Translations under genes and position numbers: made by a program
Notes under the pieces: generated by a model
Database searches by the model: none
What the model was told of the DNA's origin: nothing
What the model saw: only the letters and a program-made list of their open reading frames with translations
Assembly: GCA_963766075.1 (NCBI GenBank)
Contig: CAVYAN010000122.1
Coordinates: 1-60,842 of the forward strand
DNA from: an uncultured cyanobacterium
GTDB taxonomy: Bacteria > Cyanobacteriota > Cyanobacteriia > Leptolyngbyales > Leptolyngbyaceae
Direction: 5' to 3'
DNA: 60,842 bases
In this document: piece by piece, positions 53,466 to 60,842 of the stretch
Numbering within the stretch: position 1 is the first letter of the stretch
Layout: every line of letters begins with the position of its first letter

Positions 53466-53637
53466 GATGCAGCGGCTGGGTGAATCCGGTGAAGGATGAG
53501 TAGGGGACAGTCTGCCGCGATTGTACCCATGGATTCCGCTCTGCGATCGCGGGGTTTGCCACCCCCAGTTCTTCTCCCTTTATCTCTATACCTCTTTAGC
53601 TATCTCTACACCTCTTTAGCGCTATACCCCCTTAGCT

Positions 53638-54078
53638 TTACACCCACATCGGGTACTCATCACATACTCGGGTATCCTGCTGCTGGAGGAGAAGGGCGGT
53701 GCGATAGCATTCAATGGCGGCACTGTGGCGCTCTAGGGCTTTCAGGACGGCTCCCTGGAACAGCCATGCCTCGCGATTATCCGGGGCGATCGCCACAGCG
53801 GTTTGGAAACTAGAAAGAGCAGATTGGTAATACTTCAGATGAAACAGCGCAATGCCTCGAAAAATCCAGCTTTTGACGTCCTCGGGCTGGAGCTTGAGGC
53901 TGGTGTCGAAACTGGCAACAGCCGCATCATAACGCTGCTGATCCATCAGCATTTTGCCCCGTTTATACCAAATTTGAGGAATGGCATCGTCAGGACAGGG
54001 CCGCGCAAACGCCATGACAGCAGGCTGGCAGGACACTGGATCAAACGACGCACAACCGTTTTTCGTAGAAAGACTCAT
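53638..54078 (-). CDS. tetratricopeptide repeat protein
   Basis: Three TPR-like repeats (WYKRG, WIFRG, WLFQG). Confidence 0.8.
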   Translation of the reverse strand: MSLSTKNGCASFDPVSCQPAVMAFARPCPDDAIPQIWYKRGKMLMDQQRYDAAVASFDTSLKLQPEDVKSWIFRGIALFHLKYYQSALSSFQTAVAIAPDNREAWLFQGAVLKALERHSAAIECYRTALLLQQQDTRVCDEYPMWV

Positions 54079-54313
54079 GAATTCTAAGGAGGAGGGAGTG
54101 ATGTAGAACAGCCAGCGAGACAACAGGAGTATTGTGGCCGCAATTTATGTGCTAATTATTGCTTTAAGTATACTTAGAATACTGATTGTTTGCCCAGCTT
54201 CAGGGAAACCTGACAATTTGAGCGATAACCTTAAAGTTCCCGTATTACTAGCAATAGAATTCCTCAGTTAATTCATATACCTTAATCCAGAGATGCAAGG
54301 TGAACAGAGAGGC

Positions 54314-54329
54314 TGTGACAGATGTTACA
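54314..54329. promoter_or_regulatory. CRP-like box upstream of the TPR gene
   Basis: TGTGA-cagatg-TTACA, 9/10 match. Confidence 0.45.
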
Positions 54330-54344
54330 CGGAATGCGATTGGC

Positions 54345-55016
54345 CTATAGGGGAAGTGCGGCGGCACGATATACCGCTTGGAATCGTCGTACAGGTGGGG
54401 TTTCTAGATCGCTAAAGTCCGCCCAACTTTCTAGGATTAAGCCTGCGTGCTCGTAGGCGGAAAATTGCGATCGCAGCAGCGGAAACGGTGGCCCCGATAA
54501 TCCATCGGTCTGCTCGCGGCCTCGACTCATCGCCAAGAGTTGGCCGTGGGGGGCGACAAAGGCAGCGATCGCGGTCATGGCGGCGGCTTGGAGGTGCGGG
54601 GGTAAGGCTTGCACGGTGTAAATCTCTAGCACAAAGTCAAAGTGCTGTGTCCAGGTGAACGGGGCGTTGAATAAATCGGCAATGTGGTATTGCACTGAGG
54701 AATCAGGAAACCGCGCTTGGCACCAGGCGATCGCCGTGGGAGATAGATCAAAGGCGGTGACGCGAAAGCCGATGCTGTCGAGGTATTCGGCATCGTCGCC
54801 CAGGCCACAGCCAATCACGAGGGCTGTTTTGCCAGTGCCTGAAAGGGCGGTGCGATCGCGCCAGGTTTGCAGGTGGGGATTCACGGCGAGATCGGCCCAG
54901 GGAATGGCGTGGCTATTCCCGGCGGCTTGGGCGTAGAGTGCTTCAAACCAGCCGAGGGCATCGCCGCGATCGGTGTATTCCTGGGACAATTTCTGGACCT
55001 GTTCCCGCATACTCAT
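54345..55016 (-). CDS. TPMT-like class I SAM methyltransferase
   Basis: ALVIGCGLGDDA, AFDLSPTAI and GPPFPL. Confidence 0.87.
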   Translation of the reverse strand: MSMREQVQKLSQEYTDRGDALGWFEALYAQAAGNSHAIPWADLAVNPHLQTWRDRTALSGTGKTALVIGCGLGDDAEYLDSIGFRVTAFDLSPTAIAWCQARFPDSSVQYHIADLFNAPFTWTQHFDFVLEIYTVQALPPHLQAAAMTAIAAFVAPHGQLLAMSRGREQTDGLSGPPFPLLRSQFSAYEHAGLILESWADFSDLETPPVRRFQAVYRAAALPL

Positions 55017-55103
55017 GGCTGGCTCCTAGGGGCGATCGCGTGGGTTGCCATCCATTATGATTGAAGCTACGCAGGCTGGAAATTTGAACGCGCAGAGCAC
55101 GCC

Positions 55104-55796
55104 ATGGTCAAAATCCCTTCTCAGCAAAAGTCGCTGTTGCCCCCGTTGGAAAATGGCGATCGCCTCAGCCGTCACGAATTTGAGCGGCGCTATCAGGCCA
55201 TGCCCCATCTCAAAAAAGCAGAATTGATTGAAGGAGTGGTGTATATGGCGGCGGCGCTACGCTTTAGAAGTCATGGCGAACCCCATGGCAATCTAATTAT
55301 CTGGCTGGGAAATTATAAGGTGGCAACGCCGGGTGTGGAATTGGGCATTGAGCCCACGGTGCGACTGGATTTGGACAATGAACCACAGCCCGATGCGGTG
55401 CTGCTGATTGCGGAACGGTGTGGTGGACAGGCGCACCTGAGTGAGGATGATTATGTTGTCGGTGCCCCGGAGTTAGTGGCAGAGATTGCCGCGAGTAGTG
55501 CGGCGATCGATCTGGGCGACAAAAAACGGGCCTATCGCCGCAATGGGATTCAGGAATATATCGTCTGGCGGGTGTTTGATCAGCAACTGGACTGGTTTTA
55601 CTGGCAGGACGGGGAGTATGTGTTGCTGCCGACTGATGCGGATGGGATCATTCGGAGTCGTGTGTTTCCGGGCCTGTGGCTGGCCGTGGATGACTTGCTG
55701 GCGGGCAATATGGCGCGCGTGCTGGTGGTGTTGCAGGCTGGGTTAGCTAGCCCAGAACAGGCTACATTTGTGCAACAGCGATCGCAGGAAACCTAG
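55104..55796 (+). CDS. Uma2 family endonuclease
   Basis: ENGDRL, KAELIEG, EPQPD, PELVAEIA and FPGLWL. Confidence 0.92.
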   Translation: MVKIPSQQKSLLPPLENGDRLSRHEFERRYQAMPHLKKAELIEGVVYMAAALRFRSHGEPHGNLIIWLGNYKVATPGVELGIEPTVRLDLDNEPQPDAVLLIAERCGGQAHLSEDDYVVGAPELVAEIAASSAAIDLGDKKRAYRRNGIQEYIVWRVFDQQLDWFYWQDGEYVLLPTDADGIIRSRVFPGLWLAVDDLLAGNMARVLVVLQAGLASPEQATFVQQRSQET

Positions 55797-55976
55797 GCAA
55801 TGCGTAAGGCATTGCTGCACTTAACTCACCCTATTCCTATGATGCGGGGGCGATCGCGATTTTCATAAACTGGATACCTGCTAGAAACCTGTTTCCGCCG
55901 GAGCGACCTGTACCAATCCCTGGATTGCCCGCTCAAGGTGCGGTGAGCATGCCACGTCCACCGCACCCGCTTTGCC

Positions 55977-57949
55977 TCACCCCTGCCGCAGCTTTTCCAA
56001 AACGCCCCGGTCTTCCAAGGTCGAGGTGTCGCCCGAGACTTCGATGCCACTGGCGAGGTCGCGCAATAGCCGCCGCATGATTTTGCCCGATCGCGTCTTG
56101 GGTAGGGCCTCAGCGAACCGAATTTCACCGGGACGGGCGATCGCGCCAATTTCCTGCACGACGTGTTGTTTGAGGGTCTTGATCAACTCATCGCTGGGGC
56201 TGTAGTTGCCTTCCAAGGTGACAAAAGCCACGATGTCTTCCCCTTTCAAATCATCCGGTTTGCCTACGACTGCTGCTTCAGCAACGCTGGGATGGGACAC
56301 CAGTGCCGACTCAATTTCCATCGTGCCCAAGCGGTGTCCGGCCACATTGATTACATCATCGACGCGGCCCATCACCCAGAAGTAGCCGTCCTCATCCCGG
56401 CGAGCGCCATCACCCGCAAAGTAGATGTATTTGCCGTCTTTGGGTGGGATATGCTCCCAATAGGTGCGGCGGAAGCGATCGGGATCGCCAAACACCGTGC
56501 GCATCATTCCCGGCCAGGGATGCCGGACTGCCAAGTAGCCGCCCTCGTTCTCGGGGACACTGGTGCCTTCGAGGTCCACCACATCGGCCAGAATGCCGGG
56601 GAACGGTAGGGTGGCGGAACCCGGCTTGGTGGGAATTGCGCCAGGGAGGGCGGTAATCATGATGCCGCCGGTTTCCGTTTGCCACCAGGTATCCACAATC
56701 GGACAGCGCTCCCCGCCAATCACTCGGTGATACCACATCCAGGCTTCGGGATTAATCGGTTCGCCCACGGTGCCCAGCAAGCGCAAGGAAGACAGATCGC
56801 GGGCTTTGGGCAGGTCGTCGCCCATTTTGATGAAGGCCCGGATGGCCGTGGGAGCGGTGTAGAAGAATAGATGACCTTATGCTTTTGGATCACATCCCAG
56901 AAGCAGCCAGGATTGGAGGCGCCGGGCGCACCTTCATACATGACTGTGGTCGCGCCGTTGGACAGGGGCCCGTAGACAATGTAGCTGTGTCCGGTAATCC
57001 AGCCGACATCGGCGGTACACCAGTAGACGTCGTTTTCTTGGAGGTCGAAAATCCACTTCGTGGTGATGTGGGTATAGAGGTTGTAGCCACCGGTGGTATG
57101 GACAACGCCCTTGGGTTTGCCGGTGCTGCCGGAGGTATAGAGGATAAACAGCAGATCTTCGCTGTCGAGGGGTTCGGCAGGGCAATCGGTGGCGAGACTG
57201 GGCTGAAGCTCATGCCACCAATATCCCGTCCTGGTTGCATCGGTGATGTCTTGGCCGGTGCGCTTGACGACCAGGATGTCTGAACTGTGGCGGATGCGCC
57301 TTCGGCCAGGGCTTTATCCACGGCGTCTTTGAGCGGGACAATCGCATCTTTGCGCCAGCCCCCATCCGCCGTAACCACCACCTTGGCTTGGCCATCCACG
57401 AGGCGATCGCGCAGCGCATCGGCACTAAAGCCGCCAAACACCACGGAATGGGCCGCTCCAATCCGGGCACAGGCCAGCATGGCGATCGCTGCTTCCGGAA
57501 TCATCGGCATGTAGATGGCCCACGCGATCGCCCTGTTGTACACCCAACTGCTTCAGGGCGTTGGCAAACTGGCAGACTTCCCGGTGCAGTTCCGCGTAGG
57601 TAAAGGTTTTGGAGTCACCCGGTTCCCCCTCCCAAATCAGAGCGGGCTTGTCGCGCCAGGGTGTATCCAGATGGCGATCGAGACAATTGTAAGAAAGATT
57701 AATTTTGCCATTGACAAACCATTTGGCAAAGGGCGGATTGCTCCAGTCCAGCACCTGATCCCACGGTTGAAACCAGTGCAATTCCGAGGTCGCGAGGTCC
57801 GCCCAGAAGGCTTCTGGATCGGCTTGGGCCCGATCGTAAAGTTGGTGGTACGCCTCTAGGCTTTGAATGCGAGACCGCTGGGAAAATTCCACTGAGGGGG
57901 GAAATAGGCGGTGTTCGTGCAGGATGGATTCAATTGTTGGCTGTGACAT
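55977..57949 (-). CDS. acs: acetyl-CoA synthetase; about five frameshifts between 56870 and 57520
   Basis: [11 protein letters not shown] (read by hand), [19 protein letters not shown] and [11 protein letters not shown]. Confidence 0.93.
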
Positions 57950-57990
57950 GGTGACTGGGCAGCAGGTGGCTGGGCGGGGGATTTATTAAA

Positions 57991-58015
57991 GCCAGAGAAT
58001 TTAAAATTCTCTGGC
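57991..58015. promoter_or_regulatory. perfect 12-bp-arm palindrome just upstream of acs
   Basis: gccagagaattt-a-aaattctctggc. Confidence 0.5.
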
Positions 58016-58233
58016 AATGCGGCACGGAGTGCTGTTAAAAATTCAAAATCAAATGGATTTATTCCTGCAAATCACTGTACGACAGAGCTACGTCGATATT
58101 CGGTATATTTTTTTGAAGATCCCTTGAAGCTTGGGGCGTCTGGATGAAGGCGGTGGCAGTGCAGAAAATTTTTTGCCCCACCGGTTCAGGCATCGCCATA
58201 ATAGAGGGGAATTCACCCATAAAAATCAGACAA

Positions 58234-58255
58234 AAATGTGATTTTGATCACATCT
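58234..58255. promoter_or_regulatory. near-consensus CRP box between acs and the glycoside hydrolase gene
   Basis: AAATGTGATTTTGATCACATCT versus consensus AAATGTGATCTAGATCACATTT. Confidence 0.75.
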
Positions 58256-58446
58256 AAACGCGATCCTCATCTACGCGCTTTTCTGGGGCGTAGATTTCCG
58301 GCTTTTAAGAAAAGCCGAGGATCTTCATTTGCGAATGATCGTTGGTCTGCGGGCGGTCACGAGGAATGGGTCGCCGGGATAACCAGTCCAGATAAATAGC
58401 CAGTCCGGATAAATAGTCAGGATAAATTGATCGGTGAAACATAGGT

Positions 58447-59622
58447 ATGCAAAATCGGCAGGGGTGGAATCGACGCATTACCCGTAGACAATTGACGCGG
58501 CTTTCCCTAGCGGGGTTGGGGTCGGCCATGATTACGTCGGCGACTGCTGCGATGGGGCGAGCCGCTCTCGATTCTGAGTTTGAGAATTCTGAGTTTGAGA
58601 ATTCTGAGTTTGAGAATTCTGAGTTTGAGAAGTCTAAGTTTGGACAGACCGTGAACGCAAAACGACCGAAAATTTTGGGTACAACATTCAGCCCGCTCCA
58701 ATGCCACTACATTGGGCTGGATTATCAAGACACGTTTCGCTGGGTTTGCGGCCTGGGTTTAGACCGAATCCGGCTCTGTGCCTATTGGCACGAGATTGAA
58801 CCGCGCCCGAATCAGTTTGATTTTTCGGTTTTGGATAGGTTGCTAGAGGAGTGCGATCGCTACGGGATTGACGCCATCCTAGCCGTGGGCATGAAAGTCC
58901 CCCGTTGGCCGGAATTTCACTTTCCCGATTGGCTACAGGCTCAGCACGACACCAAAGGCCGCCCAGAACCGATGGATCAGGATCGGGCGATCGCGGATTT
59001 AACTCTACGCTTCACTGAAAAAGTGGTCAGCCACACGCGGATGGCTCCCGCTCTGAAGTATTGGCAGGTGGAAAATGAACCGTTTACCCACCTAGAGATT
59101 ACCGGGGGACGCTACCTCAGTACTGAGTTTGTCCAACAGGAAGTGGCGCTGGTGCGGGCATTGGCACGGGCCGATCAGAAAATTGCGCTGACGGGGGCGA
59201 TCGAGCTGCCTGGAGCCTGGAATCAGGACGACGATCGCGCCTTTCAGGATTGTTTGCGCATGGCTGATGCGGTGGGGATTAATGTCTATACCAAAGTGCC
59301 CGTGGGTCCGATGTTCTATCTCGAACCCAATCCATTGTATTGGAAACGGCTAAAGCAGTGGCAATCCACCTTAGTCGCGAATGGCAAAGAGGATTGGATT
59401 GCTGAGGCCCAGGCAGAACCCTGGGAACACAACCAATTAGTTGCGACTAATAAATTGGATCATCCCAGTTCATCGCCAAAACAGACGACTAACCTAGTCA
59501 GCTCTTTATCCCGCATTGGTTACAGTACGGTGCTGTTGTGGGGGTGTGAGTATTGGTATTGGCAAAAGCAAAAGGGCCGCAACCTCTGGTGGTGGTCTGT
59601 AAAACAACTTGTTCAGGGATGA
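58447..59622 (+). CDS. clan GH-A glycoside hydrolase (beta-galactosidase-like) with a Tat-like signal
   Basis: TRRQL plus a hydrophobic stretch; YWHEIEP, WQVENEP (acid/base) and IAEAQAEPW (nucleophile). Confidence 0.78.
   Translation: MQNRQGWNRRITRRQLTRLSLAGLGSAMITSATAAMGRAALDSEFENSEFENSEFENSEFEKSKFGQTVNAKRPKILGTTFSPLQCHYIGLDYQDTFRWVCGLGLDRIRLCAYWHEIEPRPNQFDFSVLDRLLEECDRYGIDAILAVGMKVPRWPEFHFPDWLQAQHDTKGRPEPMDQDRAIADLTLRFTEKVVSHTRMAPALKYWQVENEPFTHLEITGGRYLSTEFVQQEVALVRALARADQKIALTGAIELPGAWNQDDDRAFQDCLRMADAVGINVYTKVPVGPMFYLEPNPLYWKRLKQWQSTLVANGKEDWIAEAQAEPWEHNQLVATNKLDHPSSSPKQTTNLVSSLSRIGYSTVLLWGCEYWYWQKQKGRNLWWWSVKQLVQG
58572..58642 (+). repeat. in-frame 15-bp tandem repeat encoding (SEFEN)n
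   Basis: attctgagtttgaga x4 plus a degenerate fifth copy. Confidence 0.92.
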
Positions 59623-59637
59623 TTGCATTACAGGTCA

Positions 59638-60060
59638 TTACAGGTCAAATAGATCCATGGGCAGATGGCCAAAGGTTTCATTGACATCTTGATCATAGGC
59701 CGATTGGCAGGATAAGAGGACGCCGCGATGGGTGCCGATATAGCTATCGGCATGGCAGCGTCCGGTTTTGGGATTGAATTTAATGTAGGTGGGACCCGTG
59801 ATGGCGGGGGCGATCGCGCCGGTTACTTCATACCCCAAGGCTTGTCCATACTGCTGCAAGGCGACCTCCGCCTCCGCCATAGTTTCTGCACAAATGCCAA
59901 AAATCTGATAGTCAGAATGGTCGGCAACGACATGGACGGCCTGTCGCACGAGGGCATAGTCCGCAATGATCGGATCGGGATCTGTACAAACAAATTGGCG
60001 TAGTAAGACGCAAGATGCCTCGACTAGAGCCCGATCAGTGTCAGAATGTGGAGTTGACAT
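59638..60060 (-). CDS. DUF1824 family protein
   Basis: SDYQIFGICA, GPTYIKFNP, HRGVLLSCQS and GHLPMDLF. Confidence 0.82.
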   Translation of the reverse strand: MSTPHSDTDRALVEASCVLLRQFVCTDPDPIIADYALVRQAVHVVADHSDYQIFGICAETMAEAEVALQQYGQALGYEVTGAIAPAITGPTYIKFNPKTGRCHADSYIGTHRGVLLSCQSAYDQDVNETFGHLPMDLFDL

Positions 60061-60384
60061 AGCAGTACACAGGGAATCAAGAAACGATAAAGCCACAGTT
60101 CGAGAGCAATGCCCTCTGGCTACAACCCTACACTGATCCGCCAACGCAGTTCAATCCCACGGGGCAGTTCAACCCCATGGGTTACCAGCACATGCCCCTG
60201 TAAGTTTTTCCCGCATAGAATAGTCATTTAGCGTGAAGTGCCCAGGAATTACTGAGAAATAGTTGCAACTAGATCTGGCAATAGGCTACGCTGAAAGCTA
60301 AGCACCGTTATTGATTAAATTTTTCGATACCTGTTTTTAGCAACGTGTTCTCAACACCTGTCTGACGGATAGGGGCATTCACCC

Positions 60385-60842
60385 ATGGGTAAGCACACAA
60401 AACAGCACCATGCCTTTCGCTATGAAGGCCGCTTCTTAGAATTTCTGGGCCGGGATGGAGGCAATTCCCTGGAAAAGGGTGTCAAGTTTCTGCGCCTTGC
60501 CACCCGTCAGGGTGAATTGACGATCAAAATTCCGAAGTTTCTGCGCCCGACCCTCGCTCAAACCCTACAACCGGGGGATTGGATTCAAGTCTTGGCGACG
60601 CGACGGTGGCTGTGGCCCGCACCCAGCTCAAAGCTACCCAAATTCAGGTTGGCACCGCCTTAGCGGCCAAGGCCGTGCCCTCGCAGGCGGCCCTCCCCGG
60701 TTCCCCGCGCCCGCAAATTATCCTGTTCTGCCAAAAGTCCGATTGCATGAAGCGCGGCGGTAAGGCGGTGTGTCAGGCATTGACTGAGGCATTGGCGGAG
60801 CGCCAGTTGGGCGATCGCGTCATCCTCAAAGGCACCGGCTGC
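60385..60842 (+). CDS. thioredoxin-like (2Fe-2S) ferredoxin domain protein; frameshift near 60595, runs off the window end
   Basis: N-terminal EGRFL..LQPGDWIQV; second frame gives FCQKSDCMKRGGKAVC...KGTGC. Confidence 0.78.

Larger units (their letters stand above)
1..60842. repeat. HIP1 octamer GCGATCGC dispersed throughout
   Basis: Dozens of copies in coding and intergenic DNA, e.g. 780, 1316, 2627, 42598. Confidence 0.97.

Noticed and set aside
55104..55796. Uma2 gene as a defence island marker
   Set aside because: Uma2 genes are abundant and scattered in cyanobacteria; the neighbouring methyltransferase is small-molecule type, not a DNA methylase.
55977..57949. acs, fusA and ispH as programmed frameshifts or true pseudogenes
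   Set aside because: No slippery heptamer with a downstream structure was seen, the protein sequence is otherwise intact, and indels are widespread, so sequencing error is simpler.
60145..60185. GTTCAATCCC as a tRNA T-arm
   Set aside because: It is part of a short duplicated sequence (gcagttcaa.ccca.ggg) with no cloverleaf.

Overview
A 60.8-kb chromosomal window from a cyanobacterium. Evidence is the very dense HIP1 octamer GCGATCGC, psaM, vipp1, and cyanobacteria-specific DUF and Uma2 proteins; a filamentous Leptolyngbya-like organism is an inference. Most genes are housekeeping: ispH, trpC, lpdA, def, mscL, psaM, vipp1, a second EF-G, homoserine dehydrogenase, murE, hrcA and acs. I see no rRNA, tRNA, CRISPR array or transposase. 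Eight genes carry frameshifts, mostly at homopolymers or next to CGATCG sites, which are probably sequencing errors. The best leads are: (1) a glutamine (glnA-type) riboswitch with an NtcA-like box, driving an unannotated 54-aa protein that resembles no nitrogen effector I recognise; (2) a translationally coupled TIR-NACHT-transmembrane gene plus membrane-anchored partner, lying between lpdA and trpC; (3) a coiled-coil/HNH-like/hydrophobic-hairpin orphan protein; (4) a knotless phytochrome histidine kinase; (5) three CRP-type boxes; (6) an orphan PhnD-like binding protein with a rewritten binding site; and (7) many unrelated tandem duplications sharing a ~15-nt period. Family assignments come from motif recognition by eye, not from database searches.
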